A DNA stretch of 64,000 nt from Gammaproteobacteria bacterium (GCA_007693855.1 RECU01000045.1:14536-78535); one strand, 5' to 3'; positions 41,805 to 51,328 are shown, counted from the first letter of the stretch. Made by a program: numbers and translations. The notes: generated by a model not told the origin, from the sequence alone.

Positions 41805-42859
41805 GCGTGGATGACCGTCACGTCAGCATCACGCGGCGGGGATTGCTGGCTGCGACCACGGCCGGTGTCGCCGCGTGGCCGCTGACCAGGTCTGCACCGG
41901 CCGCCCCGGATGAACGCGCGCTGGGCGCACCCGAACCCACGGTATCGCAGCCGCTGCTGCGCGATACGGTCAGGCTGGGCGTGATGCAATTGCCCTGCGC
42001 CCACACCGGTGAGCGGCGCGGGACGGCACTCGCACGCATTGCTGCCACGCTCGAGCGCGCCTACTCGGCGGGGCAGCGGTATGACCTGCTCTGGTGTCAT
42101 GCCGACGCGCTGTTGCCGCCGCCGGGGCGGCGGTCCGCGCGGGCGTTGTTGACAGAGGCGATCGCGCTGGAGGGGCCCGAACTCGCGCATCTCGCAGACT
42201 GTGCTCGCACACATGGATGCTATCTCGGTTTCGGCGCTCGGCTGAGAGATCCGGACTGGCCCGGACACGTGCCTGCCGCCAATCTTCTGCTGGATCCGCG
42301 CGGCCAGCTGGTAGCAGTGCACTGGCAGGCGAGGCATGCCCGCACTCGCCAGGGCCATGTCAGTGACCCCGGCGTGACAGTCGTGGAGGATGTCCTCGAG
42401 GCGTATCTGGCGCGCTACGGTCCCGAGGCCGTTCTGCCGGTGACCGCGACTCCGCTGGGCAATCTGGCCATGCATTCGGTGGCGGGTGATCCGGAACTGC
42501 TCAGGGTGCTTGCACGTCGAGGCTGCGAGCTGCTGCTTCGCAGTGCGGCGTCTGGCGACCATCGGCTGGATGCTGCCGCAGGATCCCTGCATAACGGCAT
42601 GTTCACTGCGGTTGCCGGTCGTGCGGGCGATGCATCCGTGTCTTCGGGTGTGCCCGGTGATCTGCAGAGCACTGTATTCGGGCCTCGCGGTGAGGTGCTC
42701 GCGGCGGCGCAGACCACCGGTCCGCAATGCGTTACGGCCCGGCTGCCAATGGCCGCGTTGCGGGCAAACCGCACGCTGCCGCCAGTCGCTGCGCTGGTCG
42801 CCGCCGCGGCTCAGCCCAGGGTTCTGCCGAACCGCTCGTCGTCGTCGCGCTCTTCATAG
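41801..42859 (+). CDS. Tat-signal protein with weak carbon-nitrogen hydrolase (nitrilase superfamily)-like layout
   Basis: ATGA overlap with the AI-2E gene. Twin-arginine signal ITRRGLLAATTAG. The segment order resembles the CN-hydrolase fold, but the Glu/Lys/Cys triad positions appear substituted. Confidence 0.5.
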   Translation: MSVDDRHVSITRRGLLAATTAGVAAWPLTRSAPAAPDERALGAPEPTVSQPLLRDTVRLGVMQLPCAHTGERRGTALARIAATLERAYSAGQRYDLLWCHADALLPPPGRRSARALLTEAIALEGPELAHLADCARTHGCYLGFGARLRDPDWPGHVPAANLLLDPRGQLVAVHWQARHARTRQGHVSDPGVTVVEDVLEAYLARYGPEAVLPVTATPLGNLAMHSVAGDPELLRVLARRGCELLLRSAASGDHRLDAAAGSLHNGMFTAVAGRAGDASVSSGVPGDLQSTVFGPRGEVLAAAQTTGPQCVTARLPMAALRANRTLPPVAALVAAAAQPRVLPNRSSSSRSS

Positions 42860-43965
42860 CGGAAACGACTTTCGCCGAACACCAGTTCATCGCCGTCGCG
42901 TAACTGGTGACGACGGACCATCTGGCCGTTGACCAGGACGCCATTGCGGCTGCCCAGATCCTCGAGCTTGCAGCCGTCAGGGTCTGTGCGCAGTACGGCA
43001 TGCTGCCGGCTGACGAACTGAGTGCGCAGCTGGATATCGTTTGCCGAGCTTCTGCCGATGGTGATTTCACCGGTGGAGGGCAGCGGATAGCGCAGACGGC
43101 TGTCCGGCAGGATGGCCACCAGCGCATGCTGGGTGGGGGGTTCCGGGGGCGCAGACGCCGGTGGCGACGCCGCCGGCGCCGGGTTTCGCAGTGCGGCCAT
43201 TGCCTGCTCGGCGGTCTTGAGGCGCCGCCGGGTGGCAATCTGCTGGCGCTCCCGCTGGGCCAGCTCCGCCTCGAGCTCGGTCAGCCTCTCCGCGCGCGCG
43301 GCCAGTTCGTGGTTCAGCGCCGTCCAGGCCTCGCGCCGCCGGTCGACATAGGCGCGGAGATCCTGCAATGCCTCCGCGAGCCCGGGCTGCGCTGCGGCGC
43401 CGCCGGACCGGCCGGGTCCCTCCTCGGCCTCGCGGGCCGACAGTCGGTCCTGCAAGGCCTGCCTGGCGGTGGCGAGTTCATCGATTCTCGCGGCCTGCGT
43501 GCTGAGCCGCGGCCTGAGCTCGGCCAGCGCGTCTTCCGCCTGCTGCCTGGCCGACCGTATCTCGGCGAGCTCGATGCCGCGCGCGGTGAGTTCTGCCTGC
43601 GCGGTTGCTGTGGCCTGGCGCGCATCGCGCAGCTCCACCTCGAGACGCGCGGCGGCCATTTCGCGATCGGCCAGCTTTTCCAGCGCTTCCTCGAGCGCCT
43701 GGCGGGTTTCCGCCAAGGCCTTCTGCAGACGCTGAGCCTCGCTCGCCTCGCCCCTGAGTTCCGCCAGCTGATCGGGATGGAAGACCGTGGTCTGCTCGAG
43801 GGGGTCGGGTTGCAGCGTCTGCGGGTCGAGCGATGCCGGTGGCCGGAAGATATGCGTGCCGGTGTGCTCGAGATCATCGGCCGCCATGGCGGACTCCGGC
43901 AGCACCGGCAGCTGGTCGGTGTCCTCATCGTGATTGCGGTTGGCGGGGCGGCTGGGGGGTGACAT
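42811..43965 (-). CDS. FHA-domain protein with long N-terminal coiled coil
   Basis: C-terminal FHA domain: ITIGRSSANDIQL..VSRQHAVL...DLGSRNGVLVNGQMV. About 200 aa of heptad-like Ala/Glu/Arg/Leu repeats. Confidence 0.85.
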   Translation of the reverse strand: MSPPSRPANRNHDEDTDQLPVLPESAMAADDLEHTGTHIFRPPASLDPQTLQPDPLEQTTVFHPDQLAELRGEASEAQRLQKALAETRQALEEALEKLADREMAAARLEVELRDARQATATAQAELTARGIELAEIRSARQQAEDALAELRPRLSTQAARIDELATARQALQDRLSAREAEEGPGRSGGAAAQPGLAEALQDLRAYVDRRREAWTALNHELAARAERLTELEAELAQRERQQIATRRRLKTAEQAMAALRNPAPAASPPASAPPEPPTQHALVAILPDSRLRYPLPSTGEITIGRSSANDIQLRTQFVSRQHAVLRTDPDGCKLEDLGSRNGVLVNGQMVRRHQLRDGDELVFGESRFRYEERDDDERFGRTLG

Positions 43966-44041
43966 CGCGGCACGGGCTCCACTGGAGCGAAAACATCATG
44001 ATAATCGCTGGCGCCCGGGCGTGCAGCGACTGCGTTCACGC

Positions 44042-45532
44042 TCAGTCGGCGGGTACGGTGCGCTCGTTTGCCCAGGCCCTGAGCGCCTCTACGCGTTCGC
44101 GCATCACGACGGACAGCGGCCGGGTGCGCCTGAGCTCGGCGAGGACATGGCCCGGTCCCGGCGATTGTTCGAGGGCATTGGCGGCATACAGCGCGGACAC
44201 CACCGCCTGCTCAAGCTCCGCACCCGAGAAACCCTCGCAGGCCAGCGCGAGCCTGGCGGTATCGAAGCGTTCCGGTGGCAGGCCTCGACGTGCCAGGTGG
44301 ATGTCGAGGATTTCCTGTCTGACCTCCCGCCGCGGCAGATCGACGAAGAACAGCTCGTCGAAGCGACCTTTGCGCACCAGCTCCGGGGGCAGGGCGGAGA
44401 TGTCATTCGCCGTGGCCACGACCATCACCGGGGCGCGGCGCTCGGCCATCCAGGTGAGAAAGGTGCCCAGTACCCGCTGCGAGGTGCCGCTGGCATCGCC
44501 ACTGCTGCTGGCGAGTCCTTTTTCGATCTCGTCGATCCACAGTACGCACGGTGCCATGAGTTCGGCCATGCGCAGCGATTCCCTGAGCCTGCGTTCCGAC
44601 TCTCCGTGGTAGCGGTCATAGACGGCGCCGAAGTCGAGCGCGAGCAGGGGCACGCCATAGACGCCAGCGGTGGCTTTTGCCGCCAGGCTTTTGCCGCAAC
44701 CCTGGACACCGACCAGCAGGACGCCCTTCGGGGGTTCGAGCGCCGCATCCGGGCGCTCGCCCAGAAACGCGGCACGCCGCTGGCCGAGCCACTCCTTGAA
44801 GCGCGAGAGGCCGCCAAGGTCTGCGAAGCGGGCGGTGTCATATTCATAGCTCAGTACCCCGTCGCGATTGAGCAGCTGGTACTTCGCCTGCATCACGCCG
44901 GGGAGGTCGGAGGCGGTAATTGCGCCATCGAGCACAATCGCATTGCGCGCCAACCGCTCGGTATCCGCCGTGCTGAGGCCGGCCAGGTTGCGGACCAGCA
45001 GGCTCAGCGCGTGCGGATCGATGTCGACTGGGCGTCCGGATTCCTCGGCCCACTCGTCGGCGATACGCTGGACGATCCGCGCCCGCTCCTGCTCGCCGGG
45101 CAGACTCATCTCGAAGCGCGCAGCCAGCCGCTCCAGCTCTGGCGGTACTTTCAGCTGATGACTCACCAGCAGCAGGGTCTGGCGACGTCGGCGCGCCGCC
45201 AGGGCAATGTCCTTGAGGAGGCGGACGTGGACCGGGTCACCCAGGTACGGATGGAAATCGAGCAAGGCATAGATGCCCGGCTTGTCGACCGCCCGGATGT
45301 GGCGCAGGGCGTCGCGCGGGTCGGCCGTGGTCGGCTGGGCCTCCAGGGCCAGGTCAAGGCGCTGGAGCCCGTCGGTCACGGCCCAGCGGAACAGTGGCCG
45401 GTAGTTGTCGCGGCGGGCCTGAGTGGCGATTTGCACCAGCATGTCCAGAAAGCCTGGTTCGTCCCAGGTCTCCACGACGACCACCGGCGTGCCTCCGGAG
45501 AGCACCAGTTCGAGATCACTGCGGTCGGGCAT
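44042..45532 (-). CDS. AAA+ ATPase, Ycf46-like family
   Basis: GGAGA Shine-Dalgarno. Walker A GVQGCGKSLAAKA. Walker B VLWIDEIEK. Second region of homology RKGRFDELFFVDLP. N-terminal domain resembles Ycf46. Confidence 0.85.
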   Translation of the reverse strand: MPDRSDLELVLSGGTPVVVVETWDEPGFLDMLVQIATQARRDNYRPLFRWAVTDGLQRLDLALEAQPTTADPRDALRHIRAVDKPGIYALLDFHPYLGDPVHVRLLKDIALAARRRRQTLLLVSHQLKVPPELERLAARFEMSLPGEQERARIVQRIADEWAEESGRPVDIDPHALSLLVRNLAGLSTADTERLARNAIVLDGAITASDLPGVMQAKYQLLNRDGVLSYEYDTARFADLGGLSRFKEWLGQRRAAFLGERPDAALEPPKGVLLVGVQGCGKSLAAKATAGVYGVPLLALDFGAVYDRYHGESERRLRESLRMAELMAPCVLWIDEIEKGLASSSGDASGTSQRVLGTFLTWMAERRAPVMVVATANDISALPPELVRKGRFDELFFVDLPRREVRQEILDIHLARRGLPPERFDTARLALACEGFSGAELEQAVVSALYAANALEQSPGPGHVLAELRRTRPLSVVMRERVEALRAWANERTVPAD

Positions 45533-45644
45533 CGTCCATCTCCAGCACGGGCTTGGCTATGCTAGTGGCTCGCGCCATACTGCGCCGTGCCACAATTCTC
45601 GCTTTGCCGTTGCCGGTCAGGCCGGCGCAGCCGGAACAGGACGC

Positions 45645-46487
45645 ATGGACGCATTCGTTTTTGATCGTGACACTGCTGTCCGGCGGGTTGCCAACGGGGT
45701 CTGGGCGGGCGAACTCAGTAGCCGCTGGAATGCCGGTACGGTGCCCAATGGCGGCTATCTCATGGCCATCGCCGGGCGCATGCTGTGTGCCAGTGTGGCG
45801 TGCCCGGACCCCCTGTCGCTGACCGGTCATTATCTTCAGCCGGCGCAGCCTGGCCCGGTGACCGGACAGGTCGAACTGCTCCGGCGCGGGCGTCGGGTGA
45901 GTTTCGCGGCGGTGACACTCAGTCAGCGCGGTCGCGGCGCCATCGCGCGCTTCACTGGCGTTTTTGGTGACCTCGCGCAGCAGACCGGAGAAACACGGCT
46001 CGAGGGTGTCCCACCCCGGTTGCCGCCGCCGGTCGCCTGTGAGCCGGTAGAGCCGGTGGCCATCGAGGTGGCCAAGCGCTTCGAACGACGTGTCGCGCCG
46101 GGTGTGGGTGCCTGGTTAGGCCAGGGTGCCGATGCGCGCGCGGAGCTGTGCGCCTGGGTGCGTTTCGCCGATGGACGCGCGCAGGATGCGCACTCACTGG
46201 CCTTGAGCGCCGACGCGCTGCCGCCGCCGCTGCTGGCGGTATATGGTGCCCGCGGTTGGACTCCCACCCTCGAACTTACGGTACAGATCAGGGCCCGGCC
46301 GGCGCCTGGCTGGCTGCTGTGCCGCACGCGGACACGCTATCTTACCCGTGGACTGCTGGAAAACGACGGCGAGTTCTGGGACGAGCAGGGAGAACTGGTG
46401 GCGCTCGCCCGGCAGCTTGCGCGCTTCGCCGAGCCCGAGCGCCCGCCGCTGGGGCTCGGCGACGTGCCCCCCTCGGTCAGCGGCTGA
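45645..46487 (+). CDS. Acyl-CoA thioesterase (TesB-like double hotdog) family protein
   Basis: VPNGGYLMAIAGR motif, about 280 aa. The track ORF is trimmed to MDAFVFDRD. Confidence 0.7.
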   Translation: MDAFVFDRDTAVRRVANGVWAGELSSRWNAGTVPNGGYLMAIAGRMLCASVACPDPLSLTGHYLQPAQPGPVTGQVELLRRGRRVSFAAVTLSQRGRGAIARFTGVFGDLAQQTGETRLEGVPPRLPPPVACEPVEPVAIEVAKRFERRVAPGVGAWLGQGADARAELCAWVRFADGRAQDAHSLALSADALPPPLLAVYGARGWTPTLELTVQIRARPAPGWLLCRTRTRYLTRGLLENDGEFWDEQGELVALARQLARFAEPERPPLGLGDVPPSVSG

Positions 46488-47259
46488 GCTGGTCTTCGAC
46501 GACCAGGAACTCCTGGAGCTGCTGGGCCAGCCCCCTGCAGGCGTTGGCCTGCGGCCGCGCAATGAATGGCAGTGGGAGGATGACCGCCGGGACGACCGAG
46601 CGGCCGGTCACGTCGGCGCTGATCATGCCGGCCTGGTCGACCTGCTTCAGGTCCCAGATGGCGGCCTCATAGCGCGCGTCCGTCTCCCACCAGGCGAGGC
46701 CGAAACAGCCGCCACCGCCCGGGCCGACCGCGCAGGACAGGCTGCCGCCGCCGTCGACGCGCTCGGTCATGCCATCCAGCCAGACGACATAGCGCACGCC
46801 GGTTTCGGCCAGCCGCTCCGCCACCCCAGGCCGCGCCAGCAGCGAGGGCAGCTCGTTCGGCGTCAGCGGCGCGGTGGCAGGCTCAAACCAGGGATACAGG
46901 CCATTGACGAAATCCGTATGCGAGGCGATTTCGAGCCCGTTGGCGCCCCGGCTGAGAGAATTGCCGACGCAGTCGACGAAGTCGAGTTCGGTTTCGTGGG
47001 TGTTGTGATGTTGCCGGGCGAGGATCACCACCCGTTCGCCGCTGGCAATTCCTGTCCGCGAGTGTTTGAGCTGCTCGATCTGCGCGGTGGAGCAGCCGGC
47101 GGCCACCATTGCCGCAGCGAGCAGTGCAAGCAGTGCGATCACCCGGATGGCGCCGTGGGTGGCGATGCTGGCCGGTGCGCCCTCGGTCAACGGGTGGCCC
47201 GAGGGGTGGAGGCGATGGCTGCGTCGCCTAGCCATCGCCGTTCTGAACGGAGTGGACAT
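46477..47259 (-). CDS. Lipoprotein, unknown function
   Basis: AGGAG Shine-Dalgarno 7 nt before the ATG at 47259. Lipobox MVAAGCS. Gly-rich CAVGPGGGGC segment. The start overlaps the upstream lipoprotein gene by 32 nt. Confidence 0.6.
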   Translation of the reverse strand: MSTPFRTAMARRRSHRLHPSGHPLTEGAPASIATHGAIRVIALLALLAAAMVAAGCSTAQIEQLKHSRTGIASGERVVILARQHHNTHETELDFVDCVGNSLSRGANGLEIASHTDFVNGLYPWFEPATAPLTPNELPSLLARPGVAERLAETGVRYVVWLDGMTERVDGGGSLSCAVGPGGGGCFGLAWWETDARYEAAIWDLKQVDQAGMISADVTGRSVVPAVILPLPFIARPQANACRGLAQQLQEFLVVEDQLSR

Positions 47260-47920
47260 GGCTGTTCTCCTGAAGCCAGCTGCGGACGTCGGGTTGTGAG
47301 GCGAATTTGACGGAAATGGTGGCCCCCGCTTCGCGCATGGCGCGCACGGCGGCGTCGTGCAAGGCGGCTCTGGGGAGCGTTCCCGAGGCGGCACTCTTGC
47401 CGTAGCCGGTCACCGGCCATTCAGCGATCGGTGTGCCGTCAGGCGCGTAGATGTACAGTCGATACTGCATCCACACCTCGGCAAACTTGCTGTCACGATG
47501 GCGCGGGATGTCGAATTCGAAGCGTTCGAGCCGCGGCGCGACGATCAGGTCGATCTGGCCGACTTCCCCCGGCTCGGGCAGACGCTCCAGCGTCTGCACC
47601 TGCTGGAACAGCGCACCGAAGAGGGGTTGGAAGAAGCCGATGCTGGCCTGCCCGAGCTCGAACTCCCATTGGGAGTGCTGCGGAATCGTCTCACTGTGGG
47701 CGAACTCGCGCAGCGCCGCTTCGTAATACACGGCCGCGCGCAGTGGCAGGGGCTCTACCAGAGGAGTAGGGAACTGGGCCTCCACGGCAACCCTGGCCGG
47801 CGATGCGCAGCCTGAAAGCACCAACAACAGCGCCAGCAGCAGAGCAGGCGCCAGGGCGCCCCATGGCAGGCGGCCGGGTGCGCGCGTAAAGGGTGCTTCA
47901 GGGTGCGACGACGGCGTCAT
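47228..47920 (-). CDS. Lipoprotein, unknown function
   Basis: GGAGG Shine-Dalgarno 4 nt before the ATG at 47920. Lipobox LVLSGCAS. Confidence 0.65.
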   Translation of the reverse strand: MTPSSHPEAPFTRAPGRLPWGALAPALLLALLLVLSGCASPARVAVEAQFPTPLVEPLPLRAAVYYEAALREFAHSETIPQHSQWEFELGQASIGFFQPLFGALFQQVQTLERLPEPGEVGQIDLIVAPRLERFEFDIPRHRDSKFAEVWMQYRLYIYAPDGTPIAEWPVTGYGKSAASGTLPRAALHDAAVRAMREAGATISVKFASQPDVRSWLQENSHVHSVQNGDG

Positions 47921-48089
47921 GACACCTCCAGGATTCGCAGCGTATTGCCGGAAGACCCATCTGCCAGCGCATGCACTCCCGTTACCCTGAACATAATCAG
48001 GGCCGTCGACAATTGCAACTCCGCGCAGGCCGAGGTCCAGACTGACCGCCTGCCTGGCCCAGAGGGCGCGGATACCCAGCGACGAGTGT

Positions 48090-48117
48090 CTTGAAATATG
48101 CGCAAGCTCCCCCATCT
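48090..48117 (+). promoter_or_regulatory. Sigma-32 (RpoH) heat-shock promoter for hsp20
   Basis: CTTGAAA (48090-48096) and CCCCATCT (48109-48116) with 12-13 nt spacing, versus the consensus CTTGAA-N13-14-CCCCATNT. About 65 nt upstream of the hsp20 ATG. Confidence 0.75.
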
Positions 48118-48182
48118 ACCGGGTATGGCGGAGCGGTTCCGCCGCATTGACCACAGACCAGGAAAAACGGAGGTGAGAGGTC

Positions 48183-48626
48183 ATGACCACAGTGCGCTAT
48201 GAGCCTTTCGAGATGATGAACGATCTGCATGGGCGGCTGCAGCGGCTTTTCGAGGGCCAGCTCCGCCAGGAGCATGATGACAGCAGTGCGGCCACCGCAG
48301 ACTGGGTGCCGGCGGTGGATATTCAGGAGTTTTCCGATCGCTTCGTGTTGCAGGTGGACCTTCCCGGCGTGAATCCCGAGTCGGTCGAACTCACGCTCGA
48401 TCGGGGTGTGTTGACCTTGAGCGGTCAACGCGAGAAGCCGGCACGCGAAGACCTGCCGGCGCGGGAGCGCCGCGAGCGTGGCCTGGGGCGTTTCCACCGT
48501 CGCTTCATTCTGCCGGAAACAGTCGATGCCGAGGGTGTATGCGCCAGCGGAAGACTCGGTGTGTTGGAGATCGAGATTCCCAAACAGGCCAAGGCACAGC
48601 CGCGCCGGATCCAGGTCGCCGCCTGA
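48183..48626 (+). CDS. Hsp20/alpha-crystallin small heat-shock protein
   Basis: WVPAVDIQEFSDRFVLQVDLPGV...GVLEIEIPK alpha-crystallin domain. Confidence 0.92.
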   Translation: MTTVRYEPFEMMNDLHGRLQRLFEGQLRQEHDDSSAATADWVPAVDIQEFSDRFVLQVDLPGVNPESVELTLDRGVLTLSGQREKPAREDLPARERRERGLGRFHRRFILPETVDAEGVCASGRLGVLEIEIPKQAKAQPRRIQVAA

Positions 48627-48653
48627 GCCGGCGGCAAAGCCCTGTCGGGGCGC

Positions 48654-48688
48654 GATGACGGGGTCCAATGGACCCCGTCATCGTTTTC
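48654..48688 (+). terminator. Rho-independent terminator after hsp20
   Basis: GATGACGGGGTCCA-A-TGGACCCCGTCATC has 14-nt arms that are perfectly complementary, followed by GTTTTC. Confidence 0.75.
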
Positions 48689-48844
48689 GCGGGTCCGGGA
48701 CGTCCAGCCTGGGAGGCCGCGTTGTCGGGCCAATGCGCTATTATTCACCGGTCGCCCGCGGGGCACTGCGACCGGGGGGCAGGGCGGCGCAGGAAAGCCA
48801 CGCAGGCTTGGAAGCCACGCACCACGACTAAGGACGCAGATACC

Positions 48845-50626
48845 ATGAGCTATACCGCGCCGATCAAGGACATGCGATTCGTCATCAACGAGATCGCCGG
48901 CCTGGACCAGCTTAACGCCCTGCCAGCCTTCGACATGGCCAGTCCCGACCTGGTCGATACTGTGCTTGAGGAGGCGGGCCGCCTGGCCGCCGAGGTCCTG
49001 GCCCCGACCAACTGGCCTGGCGACCAGACAGGGACACGGGTCGAAAATGACGCGGTGGTGGTCCCGGAGGTGTTCCGCGAGGCCTACCGTCAGTTCATTG
49101 AAGGGGGGTGGCCGGCACTGCCCTGCAACCCTGAATTCGACGGTCAGGGCCTGCCCCACGTGGTCGCCACCGCCGCCATGGAAATGTGGAAAAGCGCGAA
49201 CCTCGCGTTTTCCCTGTGTCCAATGCTCACCCACGGCGCCGTCGAGGCACTCGAGGCACATGGCAGCGAGGAGCTCAGGCGGGCTTACCTGGCCAAGCTG
49301 ATCACCGGCGAGTGGACAGGCACCATGAACCTCACCGAGCCCCAGGCCGGTTCGGACCTTGCCGCCATCACCACCCGGGCGGTCCCGGAGGGCGATCACT
49401 ACCGCATCACAGGCCGTAAGATCTACATCACCTGGGGTGACCATGATCTCACCGATAACGTCATTCACCTGGTGCTCGCCCGGCTGCCGGATGCGCCGGA
49501 AGGCGTCAAGGGGATTTCGCTGTTCCTGGTGCCGAAGTTCCTGCTGGATGCCGACGGCCGTCCGGCGGAACGCAATGACGTGAAGGCGGTGTCTGTCGAG
49601 CACAAGCTGGGTATCCATGGCAGCCCGACCTGCGTCATGAGCTATGGCGACGAGGGCGGTGCCATCGGCTACCTGGTCGGCGAAGAGAATAACGGACTGG
49701 CCTGCATGTTCACCATGATGAACCATGCACGATTGGCCGTAGGCGTCGAAGGGCTGTCGATTTCCGAGCGGGCCTACCAGCTGGCGCTGGCCTATGCGCG
49801 CGACCGGGTACAGGGGTATGTCCCCGGCGAGGCCGAGCGCGTGCGGATCATCCGGCATCCGGATGTGCGACGCATGCTGCTGACCATGAAATCCTCCATC
49901 GAGGCGATGCGTGCGATGGCCTATGTGGCGTCGGCTTCGCTGGACTTCTCCCTCCAGGCGGAAGATCCGGAGCTCAGGGCGCGCCACCAGGCGCGCATCG
50001 ATCTGCTGACCCCGGTCGTCAAGGGCTGGTGCACGGAGCTCGGCCAGGAGATGGCTTCTCTGGGCGTGCAGATCCACGGCGGCATGGGGTATGTGGAGGA
50101 GACCGGCGCCGCCCAGCACCTGCGGGATGCGAGGATCACCACCATCTATGAGGGCACCACCGGGATCCAGGCGAACGATCTGGCCGGGCGAAAGGTCATT
50201 CGCGATGGCGGCCGTGCCATGGCGGCGCTGCTGGCCGAGATGCGCGAGACGCAAGCGGAACTCTCGGAGGCCGGTGAGCCGCACGCGGGGATCGCGACGC
50301 GGCTGGCTGGCGGTATCGAGGCGCTGGAGGCCTCGGTGGGCTGGCTGCTGGAGCACTCGGCAAACGACCCTCATGCCATGGGTTCGGCCGGCGTCAATCT
50401 CCTGATGCTGACCGGTACCGTGGCCGGCGGGTGGCTGATGGGACGCGGTGCGCTGGCGGCCTCCAGGCGTCTGGCCGACGGTGATACCGATCGGGAATAT
50501 CTTGAAGCGAAACTCGTGACCGCGCAGTTTTATGCGGAACACCTGCTGCCTCGCGCGGGCGCCTATCGCGACGCTATTCTGGCAGGCAGCGAGAGCATGA
50601 TGGCGTTGAACGAGGAGCAGTTCTGA
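48845..50626 (+). CDS. Long-form acyl-CoA dehydrogenase (about 593 aa, with C-terminal extension domain)
   Basis: AAGGA Shine-Dalgarno. MSYTAPIKDMRFVINEI N-terminus. GSDL..., YEGTTGIQANDL motifs. Confidence 0.9.
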   Translation: MSYTAPIKDMRFVINEIAGLDQLNALPAFDMASPDLVDTVLEEAGRLAAEVLAPTNWPGDQTGTRVENDAVVVPEVFREAYRQFIEGGWPALPCNPEFDGQGLPHVVATAAMEMWKSANLAFSLCPMLTHGAVEALEAHGSEELRRAYLAKLITGEWTGTMNLTEPQAGSDLAAITTRAVPEGDHYRITGRKIYITWGDHDLTDNVIHLVLARLPDAPEGVKGISLFLVPKFLLDADGRPAERNDVKAVSVEHKLGIHGSPTCVMSYGDEGGAIGYLVGEENNGLACMFTMMNHARLAVGVEGLSISERAYQLALAYARDRVQGYVPGEAERVRIIRHPDVRRMLLTMKSSIEAMRAMAYVASASLDFSLQAEDPELRARHQARIDLLTPVVKGWCTELGQEMASLGVQIHGGMGYVEETGAAQHLRDARITTIYEGTTGIQANDLAGRKVIRDGGRAMAALLAEMRETQAELSEAGEPHAGIATRLAGGIEALEASVGWLLEHSANDPHAMGSAGVNLLMLTGTVAGGWLMGRGALAASRRLADGDTDREYLEAKLVTAQFYAEHLLPRAGAYRDAILAGSESMMALNEEQF

Positions 50627-50641
50627 CTCGCCGCAGGCAGG

Positions 50642-51328
50642 TCAAGGACGTGGCGGCAGCCACAGCACCGGTTGCTGCGGCGCCAGCAGCGTCTCATGGG
50701 GCTGCCCTGAGGCATGCTGGACGCGTGTGTGCAACCGCTGCAGGGCCGGAAAGGCGCTGAAGATCTGTGCGCCCAACTGCGTGAGCATGTCCGGGCGCTG
50801 GCACTCGTAACGGTGGTGAACCACGATTTCGGCGTCAGGCAGAGGTAGGTGGCCAGGGTCACGACCGGGGTCGCGGCCGACTGCCCCTGCGTCTGGCCTA
50901 TCCCCTGAAGCCTCATCGGTTGCCGCTGGTCGCCCGCCCAGCGGCACATCGCGCCGCCGCAGTTCCCGCAGGCGTTCATCCGGGCGATGACTGGCCGCAA
51001 GGCCTGCCTCGTCCAGCAGCTTGCCGCCGACGGTGGTCTCGAGCAGGCGGCAGGCCGCTGCTGACGGCAGGTGAAACAGGCTGTTGGCGTCCCCTAGCAG
51101 GGCTGCGCCGCTGTCCATCACCTGCTGTCTTGCCTGGTCGTCCTCTTGTGCATCGAGTGCGAACAGGTGTGCTGCCGAACTGGTGAGCAGCACGTCCAGG
51201 CGCCGCCCGTCTATCGAGATTTCCAGGCGGGCCCCGGACTCATCCAATGCCGCTGAGCCCGCGCTGGGGGCCGCAGCGCTCGCAACGCCAAGCAGGCCTG
51301 CTGCGATGACACGGAGTGCGGGCAACAT
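50642..51328 (-). CDS. DUF2796 (ZrgA-like) periplasmic protein, histidine-poor variant
   Basis: Signal peptide. ARLEISIDGRRLDVLL..., NSLFHLPSAAACRL and HHRYECQRPDMLTQL..FSAFPALQRL follow the ZrgA layout as I remember it. The start abuts the folE stop with 0 nt gap. Confidence 0.55.
   Translation of the reverse strand: MLPALRVIAAGLLGVASAAAPSAGSAALDESGARLEISIDGRRLDVLLTSSAAHLFALDAQEDDQARQQVMDSGAALLGDANSLFHLPSAAACRLLETTVGGKLLDEAGLAASHRPDERLRELRRRDVPLGGRPAATDEASGDRPDAGAVGRDPGRDPGHLPLPDAEIVVHHRYECQRPDMLTQLGAQIFSAFPALQRLHTRVQHASGQPHETLLAPQQPVLWLPPRP

Noticed and set aside
42811-42859. Multiple convergent 3'-end overlaps: 10382-10401, 28658-28676, 38756-38771, 42811-42859, 46477-46487 and 56227-56254.
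   Set aside because: They are consistent with a compact genome and fixed stop codons. They are individually unremarkable and noted only as context. The 49-nt overlap is mentioned under the FHA finding.
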